Origin: Nitrospirota bacterium
Lineage (GTDB): Bacteria; Nitrospirota; Thermodesulfovibrionia; Thermodesulfovibrionales; JdFR-88
Assembly (NCBI GenBank): GCA_021825295.1
Contig: JAKAHV010000011.1
Span: 17,790 to 81,789 of the forward strand
Length of the DNA: 64,000 nucleotides
Direction: 5' to 3'
Both the position numbers and the translations under genes were made by a program. The notes under the pieces were generated by a model that worked only from the letters and a program-made list of their open reading frames with translations, had not been told where the DNA came from and did not search any database. Each line of letters opens with the position of its first letter. Position 1 is the stretch's first letter. Below, piece by piece: positions 24,140 through 31,894 of the stretch.

Positions 24140-25273
24140 TCAGGTCTTTGCGTCCGTGCTTTTGTTTTTCAGTATTTTTTCGGAGCCGGAAAAAATGTAT
24201 TTCCCGACATTCGAGATATGATCCAGAAATTTTTCATATATGCCGAGCATGGTCTTGTTGCCCGAAAACCGCGATTCGCAATGGGTCAGAATTACAACGA
24301 CGCCTCCGGAGAGGGATATCCTGCGGGCGGCATCGATCCAGATGTCGAGTATCTCTCCGGGAGAATAACCCAGAAACAGAAGGCTCCCGTCCCGCGGAAG
24401 GCTCAGCGGTATCTCCCGGATATCTTCGATTTTAAAGGGCCTCGCGCTTGAACACCCGTTATTTGGCACCGGGAAAGGCCCTCCCGAGGTGGGTATGCTG
24501 CTGTCGTACTCATAGAAGCCGGCAAGGGCCCTTAAAAGGCCTTTTGTCCTCAAAAGGGAAGGCGAACGGTACCCGGTCACATTGTAAGGCGCCATGACCC
24601 CGTATGCCTCCTGCACCCTCCTGCGCAGGGAAGCCCCTTCAAGAAAAGGTGTGACGCAACTGTGGTCATATCCGTGCACGCCTATCTCGTGGCCGCGCGC
24701 TATTACGGAATCGAGGCGCGCGCGGTCATGCCTCCATGCGCACGGGACCACATAATTTATGGAGCGCGCTCCGGCAGACTCTTCCAGTTCAAGGAAAAGG
24801 GGGAGGTTTTTGAGGCCTTCAGGCGAATCTATATCATGCGTGAGGAGGACATGGGTCTTCTCCTTATCGAAGGGCGAGGGGCCGATGGAGAGGTCTTCCA
24901 TCAGGTCCGCGCTTAAATCGACCGGCCAACCCGGAAATGACGCCCATTCGTTCACCCTTTTTCTCTTCCTTCTGCCGATAGCGGAAGCGATAAGGCTTCT
25001 TATTTTGGGTGGCACCTTCTGATAGGAAACCGGGAATCTGGACTGGGGAGGTTTTTTCGCTGTAAAAGCCGCTCTGCTGCGCAGTGAATCGCTCCGGGGC
25101 TGGAGGCGCGGGACGTGGCCCGCCAGCGAAAGTCCGCCGCTGCCGTTCAGGCTGTCATGGAGGCCGCTTTCCACGAGAAACCCCATGGGCAGGCTGAAAT
25201 CCATGCCGCAGGCCCACTCAAGGCCCTCCGGGGCCTCCGTTATATGAACCTTAACAAGGTCATCGGGACGCAT
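24140..25273 (-). CDS. Polysaccharide deacetylase-family protein (NodB-like; ArnD-like position)
   Basis: VLLTHDIDSPEG and EIGVHGYDHS motifs. Overlaps the upstream GT2 gene by 14 nt. Confidence 0.7.
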   Translation of the reverse strand: MRPDDLVKVHITEAPEGLEWACGMDFSLPMGFLVESGLHDSLNGSGGLSLAGHVPRLQPRSDSLRSRAAFTAKKPPQSRFPVSYQKVPPKIRSLIASAIGRRKRKRVNEWASFPGWPVDLSADLMEDLSIGPSPFDKEKTHVLLTHDIDSPEGLKNLPLFLELEESAGARSINYVVPCAWRHDRARLDSVIARGHEIGVHGYDHSCVTPFLEGASLRRRVQEAYGVMAPYNVTGYRSPSLLRTKGLLRALAGFYEYDSSIPTSGGPFPVPNNGCSSARPFKIEDIREIPLSLPRDGSLLFLGYSPGEILDIWIDAARRISLSGGVVVILTHCESRFSGNKTMLGIYEKFLDHISNVGKYIFSGSEKILKNKSTDAKT

Positions 25274-26234
25274 CTGGTGAATCCGTCGTCTCGCTTACAA
25301 AATAAAGGGGCCTCCGGACCACCTCGGCATAGATCCTGTAGAGGTATTCACCGCTTATTCCCATGAGCAGGAACTGAATGCCGAAAAAGACCGAAAGGGT
25401 AAGCATGATGCCGGTCCAGCCGGGCACGGGACGCTCGGCTATTTTGGCCGTTATCACGTACGCGCTCAGCAGCAGCGTCAACAGGAAGCTCAGAGCGCCG
25501 ATGGCCGTCATGAGCCGCACCGGAAGCAGCGAGAATCCGATAAAGGCGTCGTACATCGCCTTGATCATCTTGAAAAACGTCCAGCCGGACCTGCCCGCCA
25601 CCCGTCCCGCCCGGCTGTAATCCACGACGGCCTGCTCGAACCCCGTCCATGCCACGAGCGCGAAGGTGATGCGGTTTTGCTCCCCGAACTGCCTGAAGCA
25701 TTCGGCCACTTTGCCGTCGGCGAGAAAGAAACTGCCCGTCTGGAACTTTGAACCCCTCGGCATTGCAAAACGCTTCAGGAGCCTGTGGAAAAGGGCGCTC
25801 GCCAGGACCCTCCATTTCTCGTCCCTGCGCTCGCGGCGCCTCCCCCATACTATGTGCGCCCCGGAGCGCCATCGCCCAAGGAATTCAATTATCACTTCGG
25901 GGGGGTCCTGCAGGTCGCAGGCGAGCACGGCCACCGCATCGCCGCCGGCATGGGCGAACCCGGCGCTGAGCGCTATGTGCGAGCCGTAATTCCTCGAAAG
26001 ACGCACCCCCCTGAAAGCAGGGTCCCTCCTGCAGATGCCTTCTATCTCCTTCCAGCTTTCATCAGAGCTTCCGTCGTCTATGAAAAGCACCCTGAACTTA
26101 TAGTCGGTCCGCGAAAGAAGCACCTCCCTCACCGCCTTCTCGTAGAGGGGCAGGCTCTCCTGCTCGTTATAAACGGGTGTAATTATCGTTACCACGGGAA
26201 TGCCCCCGCTCATTCCCCCCGCGTTTATTCCCAT
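25260..26234 (-). CDS. GT2 polyprenyl-phosphate glycosyltransferase (GtrB/ArnC/DPM1-like) with C-terminal TM helices
   Basis: VTIITPVYNEQESL, LFIDDGSSDES and LACDLQDPPE. Two hydrophobic helices lie near the C-terminus (LLPVRLMTAIGALSFLLTLLL; GIMLTLSVFFGIQFLLMGI). The start could be M8 (26213). Confidence 0.85.
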   Translation of the reverse strand: MGINAGGMSGGIPVVTIITPVYNEQESLPLYEKAVREVLLSRTDYKFRVLFIDDGSSDESWKEIEGICRRDPAFRGVRLSRNYGSHIALSAGFAHAGGDAVAVLACDLQDPPEVIIEFLGRWRSGAHIVWGRRRERRDEKWRVLASALFHRLLKRFAMPRGSKFQTGSFFLADGKVAECFRQFGEQNRITFALVAWTGFEQAVVDYSRAGRVAGRSGWTFFKMIKAMYDAFIGFSLLPVRLMTAIGALSFLLTLLLSAYVITAKIAERPVPGWTGIMLTLSVFFGIQFLLMGISGEYLYRIYAEVVRRPLYFVSETTDSPDASR

Positions 26235-26980
26235 GGTTCGAAGTCTCCCCCGATGAGCCTGTAGAACCTCTCGTTGTGCGCCCTGTAACGCTTCCTGAGG
26301 GCGCTCATGAGATGTTCCGGGGCCGGTTCATCCTCACCCGTGGCCGCGTTTACGACGCCAAGGGAGCCGGCGTCGCCTGGCCTGGGTTCCACGCCCAGGA
26401 ACCGGTGCAGCCTTGCCGCAAGCTCCCCCGGGCGCTGCGCTATGTCCTCGCAACGAAGGCAGAGTATCCGTTCGCGGCCCAGCTCCAGATAGGGCCCGAT
26501 GAGGCCGGCATAGAGTCCCCGGGAAAAATACGAATAAGGCCTGGCGTATTTGAGCCTCTCGGGGAGGGTCCTTTCACGCTGCTCCTCGAGTTCGAGCGCC
26601 CGCCCGAAAGATTCGGTTTCGAGCCCGTTCATCTTGGTCCACAGGTAATTGGAATACGCCCTCACTGCGGGCTCGCGGAAGATAAATACCATCTTTACGT
26701 CCGGCAGGTCCTTAAGTATCCTCCTTGCGGCCTCAGGGCTCTCGAGATAATTGGTGCTTTTCTCCCCGGCTATCTTTCCCGCCGGGCAGTCCCGGAACCA
26801 TTTAGACGAATAATACCCGAGGCCCTCCCTGTATTGCTCGTCTATGAGGAAGAACTTGGGTTCGGGTTTCACCGGCCTGGCCATGAATATGCCGGGATGC
26901 AGCGACAGGAGATGATAGAGCCAGGTGGTGCCGGACCTGGGTGCGCCTCCTATTATGAAATCCGGCAGACGCATGCTCAT
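26225..26980 (-). CDS. PAPS-dependent sulfotransferase-domain protein
   Basis: 5'-PSB loop IIGGAPRSGTTWLYHLL and a 3'-PB-like FREPAVRAYS. 251 aa, with no TM or signal sequence. Confidence 0.8.
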   Translation of the reverse strand: MSMRLPDFIIGGAPRSGTTWLYHLLSLHPGIFMARPVKPEPKFFLIDEQYREGLGYYSSKWFRDCPAGKIAGEKSTNYLESPEAARRILKDLPDVKMVFIFREPAVRAYSNYLWTKMNGLETESFGRALELEEQRERTLPERLKYARPYSYFSRGLYAGLIGPYLELGRERILCLRCEDIAQRPGELAARLHRFLGVEPRPGDAGSLGVVNAATGEDEPAPEHLMSALRKRYRAHNERFYRLIGGDFEPWE

Positions 26981-28218
26981 GACTTCCCCGCCGTGCCGAC
27001 CTTCACCAGCATTTTCGCGATGAACTTTATATCGGCCTCGGCCAGACCGTGATACACGGGCAGCAGCATGACCTCCTTCCTTGCCCGCTCACTTTCTTCG
27101 AGGTCAAACACCCGCGCGGGGTATGGTCTTTCAGCGTGCGCGTTCATTATGCCGGGCTTCGTGGCTATGCCGCCCTCGAAAAGCGACTGCATGAGGCGGT
27201 CCCTTGAACCGGGCGAGCCTTTGAGGACCCTCACCGGATAGCTCTGCCAGTTCGCCCTCGCGTAATCCGGCCGGTAAGGCAGGCCGAGCCAGCTTATCCC
27301 GGAAAGGTGTTTCCTGTAAAGTCCGTCTATCCTTTCCCGGTCCTCGATCATCCTGTCCATCTTTTTGAGCTGCTCGATCCCCACGGCAGCCTGTATGTCC
27401 GTCATCCTGTAATTGTAACCGGTTACCTGATACCTTTCGAAGATCACCTTTTTGGCGGCGTGCCTCTCGAGGTCGGTTACGCTCATTCCGTGCTGCCTGA
27501 GCAGCCGGAACTTCCGGTCGTATCCCGCTTTATTCGTGGTCAGCATTCCTCCGTCCCCCGTGGTGAGCACCTTCCGGGGATGAAATGAAAAGCAGGCCAC
27601 CGCCCCGTGAGGGGCGCCGATCTTCTTCCATGTCCTTCCGCCGTCAAGGCTGAGCTCGCTGCCGGCCGCGCAGGCGGCGTCTTCGACCACGGGCAGACCG
27701 AACCTTTTCGCAATGGCCAGTATGGACTTCATGTCGCAGGGCATGCCCATCTGGTGCACGGCAAGTATCGCCGAGACGCGGCCTTGCCCCGCACCCGGAC
27801 ATCCGCTCTCAGGCTTTGCCGGTTTTTCGAAATACAGCCGCCCGCCCCTGGCCCTGCAGCGCGTCCGGAGGAATTTTTCAAGCCCGTCCGGACGCATATT
27901 GTATGTAAGCGGGTCGATGTCCACAAATGCCGGCTCCGCGCCGGCATGGCGCACGGAGTTCGCCGTGGCGATGAAGGAGTGGCTTACGGTCACCACGATG
28001 TCCCCCGGCCCGACCCCCACCACTTTCAGCGCCAGATGCAGGGCCGTCGTGCAGCTCGAAACCGCGCATGCGTGCCGGGAGCCCACATAGGAGGCGAATG
28101 CCTCCTCGAACTCCCGCACCTTCGGGCCCTGCGTCACCCAGCCCGACATAATGACGCCGGCTGCCGCCCTCGCCTCCTCTTCGCCCAAAAAAGGCCTCGC
28201 AATAGGGATCTTGATCAC
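26977..28218 (-). CDS. DegT/DnrJ/EryC1/StrS-family PLP sugar aminotransferase
   Basis: SFHPRKVLTTGDGGML (PLP Lys region). 4-nt overlaps on both sides. Confidence 0.85.
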   Translation of the reverse strand: MIKIPIARPFLGEEEARAAAGVIMSGWVTQGPKVREFEEAFASYVGSRHACAVSSCTTALHLALKVVGVGPGDIVVTVSHSFIATANSVRHAGAEPAFVDIDPLTYNMRPDGLEKFLRTRCRARGGRLYFEKPAKPESGCPGAGQGRVSAILAVHQMGMPCDMKSILAIAKRFGLPVVEDAACAAGSELSLDGGRTWKKIGAPHGAVACFSFHPRKVLTTGDGGMLTTNKAGYDRKFRLLRQHGMSVTDLERHAAKKVIFERYQVTGYNYRMTDIQAAVGIEQLKKMDRMIEDRERIDGLYRKHLSGISWLGLPYRPDYARANWQSYPVRVLKGSPGSRDRLMQSLFEGGIATKPGIMNAHAERPYPARVFDLEESERARKEVMLLPVYHGLAEADIKFIAKMLVKVGTAGKS

Positions 28219-29210
28219 CAGTTGGCGCCTTTTTCCTCGTTCATGAGGACCCGGATTTCCCCCCGGGACTTAAACCACCTTATTGTCTTTTTGAGCCCCT
28301 CCGCAAATGAGACCGAAGGCTTCCATCCGGTCTTCTTTCTGAACGCCTCCGAGCCGGCATAAAGCCTCAGCACATCCCCCGGCCTTCCCTTCAGAAATTT
28401 TATCCTGGAGCGCCCGTCTCCGGCCAGTCGAATTACCGTGCGCGCGACATCGAGTATGGTGCGCTCGGAACCGTTGCCCATATTGAAAGTGCCCCCTTCG
28501 AGACCGTCGCACCGGGCCGCTTCCACGAGTCCCGCCGCCGTGTCCTCCACGAAGGTGAAATCCCTGGTCTGCAGGCCGTCGCCGAAGATGAGCACCGGCT
28601 CGCCGGCCAGCGACCTTACAATGGATTTGGGTATCATCTCGCCCGAGTCGCCCTCATGATGGGAACGGGGGCCGAAGGTGTTAAAAGGCCTTATTATGAC
28701 GGTCTTGAGCCCGTAGGTCAGCCAGTATGCCCTTGCATAGGCCTCGCCGGCAAGCTTTCCGGCGCCGTAAACAGTGCATGGGTTCGTTGGGTGCTCCTCA
28801 TTCATCGGGACGTATCTGGCCGTCCCGTATACCTCCGAAGATGAGCAGTAGATGAACTTCTTCACCGCGGCGCGGCGGGCTTCCTCAAGGACAAGAAGGG
28901 TCCCCTCGGCGTTTACCCTGTGGTTCAGGAAGGGATGGCCTATGGAATGGCGCACGCCCAGGGTCGCAAGATGGAATACCGCATCGACGCCTTCCATCGC
29001 CCTGGCCACGTCCGCGGGGTCGCACACGTTGCCCTTCATGAACTTGAACCGCCTATCGCCGAAATGGAGCCCGAGGTTTTCCTCCCTGCCGTTGCTGAGG
29101 TCGTCCAGCACGCGGACGCGGCATTTCAAGCCGGCCAGCGCGTCAACCAGGTGGGAACCTATGAAACCCGCCCCCCCCGTGACAAGGACATTGCTGCCCG
29201 CAAGCCTCAT
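28215..29210 (-). CDS. NAD-dependent nucleotide-sugar epimerase/dehydratase (extended SDR)
   Basis: VLVTGGAGFIGSHLV and the catalytic YGAGKLAGE (YxxxK). Confidence 0.85.
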   Translation of the reverse strand: MRLAGSNVLVTGGAGFIGSHLVDALAGLKCRVRVLDDLSNGREENLGLHFGDRRFKFMKGNVCDPADVARAMEGVDAVFHLATLGVRHSIGHPFLNHRVNAEGTLLVLEEARRAAVKKFIYCSSSEVYGTARYVPMNEEHPTNPCTVYGAGKLAGEAYARAYWLTYGLKTVIIRPFNTFGPRSHHEGDSGEMIPKSIVRSLAGEPVLIFGDGLQTRDFTFVEDTAAGLVEAARCDGLEGGTFNMGNGSERTILDVARTVIRLAGDGRSRIKFLKGRPGDVLRLYAGSEAFRKKTGWKPSVSFAEGLKKTIRWFKSRGEIRVLMNEEKGANW

Positions 29211-30313
29211 TTCCCGTAGTACCCCCTTATTTCTTCGCAGATGTATTCGATCTGGCCGCGCTCAAGCTCCGCGTACATGGGAAGGGAGAGTATCTCGCCG
29301 GCCAGTCTTTCGGAGACAGGCAGGCTCCCCTTCCTGTAACCGAGAAACCGATACGCCTCCTGCAGGTGGCAGGGGATCGGGTAATGTATGCCCGTGGCTA
29401 TGCCTTTTTCATGGAGGCGCGTCTTCAATCCTTCCCTGTCTTCGGCCCTCACCACGAACAGATGATACACATGGTACCCGTCCGGGTCTTCGGCGGGGAG
29501 GACCACCTCTCCGACGTCATGCAGGCATTCCCTGTAGATCCGGGCGCATTCCCGCCTCCGGGCCGTCCAGTCCTCAAGGTGCCTGAGCTTTACATCGAGC
29601 ACCGCGCCCTGGATACCGTCCATCCTGTAATTGTGCCCGATGCGTTCGTGGTGATATTTTCTCAGGGAACCGTGGTCCCGCAGCGAAAGCATCCTTCTGT
29701 AAAGGGCCTCGTCAGCGGTTATCACAGACCCTCCTTCTCCGTAGGCGCCGAGGTTTTTCCCTGGATAGAAACTGAAGCAGCCGCACACCCCGCATGTGCC
29801 AACCTTTTTCCCCTTGTAGCTTGCGAGATGGGCCTGTGCGCAATCCTCGATGAGATGGATGTTCCGGGCCCGGCATATCCGCCGTACCTCATCGAGCTTC
29901 GCCGGCTGGCCATACAGGTGGACGGCTATTGCCGCCCTTGTTTTCGGGGTGACGGCCTCCTCCAGGCTGGCGGGGTCGATGTTATGAAAGTTCTGCTCGC
30001 AGTCGGCGAACACCGGAACGGCCCCGGTGAGGCTTACGGCCTGGGGTGTGGCGAAAAAGGTGTTTGCGGGCACGATCACCTCGTCGCCAGGGCCTATCCC
30101 CAGCGCCCAAAGCGATATGTGAAGGGCCGAGGTCCCGGAATTGACGCAAACACAAAAAGGGGCATCCTGCGCCCTGGCGAAATTCCTTTCGAATGTCTCT
30201 ACAAACGGCCCGGAAGAGAAACAGGCGCTCTCTATAACCTGGCGGATGGCCGAGTCGATCTCTTCCTTTATCGCCCCATACTGGGCCTTCAGCTCGACAA
30301 GACTAATCCGCAT
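29207..30313 (-). CDS. DegT-family aminotransferase (WbpE-like)
   Basis: FSFYPGKNLGAYGEGGSV. It is adjacent to the hexapeptide acetyltransferase and Gfo/Idh/MocA oxidoreductase genes, as in the WbpB/E/D set. Confidence 0.8.
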   Translation of the reverse strand: MRISLVELKAQYGAIKEEIDSAIRQVIESACFSSGPFVETFERNFARAQDAPFCVCVNSGTSALHISLWALGIGPGDEVIVPANTFFATPQAVSLTGAVPVFADCEQNFHNIDPASLEEAVTPKTRAAIAVHLYGQPAKLDEVRRICRARNIHLIEDCAQAHLASYKGKKVGTCGVCGCFSFYPGKNLGAYGEGGSVITADEALYRRMLSLRDHGSLRKYHHERIGHNYRMDGIQGAVLDVKLRHLEDWTARRRECARIYRECLHDVGEVVLPAEDPDGYHVYHLFVVRAEDREGLKTRLHEKGIATGIHYPIPCHLQEAYRFLGYRKGSLPVSERLAGEILSLPMYAELERGQIEYICEEIRGYYGK

Positions 30314-30791
30314 CCCTCATCCTCAGAAACCGGGCCGGGTTTCCAGCCCATATCTGGCCTTCGGGGACATCGCAGGTGACAACGCTTCCGGCGCCGATAA
30401 GGGCCCCCGCCCCTATCTTTATTCCCCCGATTATGGTCGCATTGCTGCCGATTGAGACGTTTTCGCCCACAAAAGTCCTTACGAACCTGTGTTCCCAGTC
30501 GGCCTCGGTCTCCATACCTCCCTCTTTGTTGGTGGCCCTCGGATAATTGTCGTTTATGAACATCACGCCGTGTCCTATAAAGCAGTTGTCGCCTATTGTC
30601 ACACCCTCGCATATGAAGGTATGGGAAGATATCTTGCAGTTGCAGCCGACCCGGGAGTTCTTCTGGACCTCCACAAACGCGCCAACCTTCGTGTTGCCGC
30701 CGATCTCGCAGCCGTACAGATTTATGAATTTGGAGAGTTTCACGTTTTCTCCAAGCTTTACATCGCCCGATATGCAAAGGTATTCGCTCAT
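30303..30791 (-). CDS. Left-handed beta-helix (hexapeptide) N-acetyltransferase (WbpD-like)
   Basis: Starts MSEYLCISGDVKLGENV. Hexapeptide repeats run through IGGNTKVGAFVEV...IGSNATIIGGIKIGAGALIGAGS. ATG 30791 overlaps the upstream stop (ATGA). The longer ORF to 31301 is out of frame with, and overlaps, a clearly real gene. Confidence 0.8.
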   Translation of the reverse strand: MSEYLCISGDVKLGENVKLSKFINLYGCEIGGNTKVGAFVEVQKNSRVGCNCKISSHTFICEGVTIGDNCFIGHGVMFINDNYPRATNKEGGMETEADWEHRFVRTFVGENVSIGSNATIIGGIKIGAGALIGAGSVVTCDVPEGQIWAGNPARFLRMRDAD

Positions 30792-31792
30792 AGTTCCACA
30801 ATCCTGCCCCTCGCCCTTATGGAGCTGTCCGAGGCCTCCAGCATCCGCACCACCCTGAGGCCCGCATGGCCGTCGTTTATCGGCTGGACGCCGTTCATTA
30901 TGCAATTCACAAAATACTCCGATTCGGTCTTCAGGGCCTCCGCCCTTTCCAGCTTCGGGGCCCACATGTCGCCGGACCGGTAGTTCACCAGGAGGTTGTA
31001 GATGCCCTCCCTGCTGCCGATATCTATACCCTTGTCGTATATTTTCACCTTTTCGTCGGCCTCCAGGTCGTTCCAGACCGCCATGCGTTTGCTGCCGCCT
31101 ATGAGGGTCGTCCTTATCTTGACCGGGGACAGCCAGTTCACATTGAAGTGGGCGACGGCGTTGTCCTCCAGGTAAACGGTTATGTAGGCTATGTTTTCCG
31201 TCTTTCTGCCGAAGTGGTCCATCCCGGTTGCGGAGATGGCAAGGGGCTTGGACTTGATGACGTAATCCATGACGGACAGGTCGTGCGGTGCAAGGTCCCA
31301 TACGACGTTCACATCGTGCTGGAAGAGCCCGAGGTTCACCCGCATCGAGTCGTAATAAAAGAGGTCTCCGAGGACGCCCTGGTCCACCAGCTCCTTTATT
31401 TTTTTTACGGCCCCGGTAAAAAGGAACGTATGGTCCACCATTATCTTGAGGCCCTTTTTATGGGCCATTTCCAAAAGCTCCTCGGCCTGGGCGGAAGTGG
31501 ATGTGAACGGTTTTTCCACGAAGACATGTTTCCCGTTTTCAAGGGCCCGCCTGGCAAGCTCGTAATGGCTGAAAACGGGGGTCACTATGACCACGGCGTC
31601 GATTTCCGGCGAAGACGTGATATCGCGGTAATCGGTGCAGGTGCCGACCCCGGGATAGATCCGCCTTACCTTTTCAAGGGACTCCGGGGCCTTGTCGCAA
31701 ACGGCAAGTATCTTTGCGGCATCAAGGGAGTTGAAATTCCTGACGAGGTTCGGTCCCCAGTAGCCGTATCCGATAATGCCGATTTTCAGCAT
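30788..31792 (-). CDS. Gfo/Idh/MocA-family NAD oxidoreductase (WbpB-like)
   Basis: LKIGIIGYGYWGPNLVRNF and HVFVEKPF. Confidence 0.85.
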   Translation of the reverse strand: MLKIGIIGYGYWGPNLVRNFNSLDAAKILAVCDKAPESLEKVRRIYPGVGTCTDYRDITSSPEIDAVVIVTPVFSHYELARRALENGKHVFVEKPFTSTSAQAEELLEMAHKKGLKIMVDHTFLFTGAVKKIKELVDQGVLGDLFYYDSMRVNLGLFQHDVNVVWDLAPHDLSVMDYVIKSKPLAISATGMDHFGRKTENIAYITVYLEDNAVAHFNVNWLSPVKIRTTLIGGSKRMAVWNDLEADEKVKIYDKGIDIGSREGIYNLLVNYRSGDMWAPKLERAEALKTESEYFVNCIMNGVQPINDGHAGLRVVRMLEASDSSIRARGRIVEL

Positions 31793-31894
31793 ATGCAGCT
31801 TTTCCCTCCATCAGCCACAACATCCGGATCATCAGCGCCGCCAAAAAAGTTCAAGGCGCAAAACCCCGTGAAGAGAAGCAGAAGCCGATACGGG

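Noticed and set aside
30792-31301. N-terminal 170-aa extension of the 30303-31301 ORF.
   Set aside because: The extension overlaps the Gfo/Idh/MocA gene out of frame and is Arg/Gly/Pro-rich. The hexapeptide acetyltransferase begins cleanly at ATG 30791, which forms an ATGA overlap with the upstream stop.
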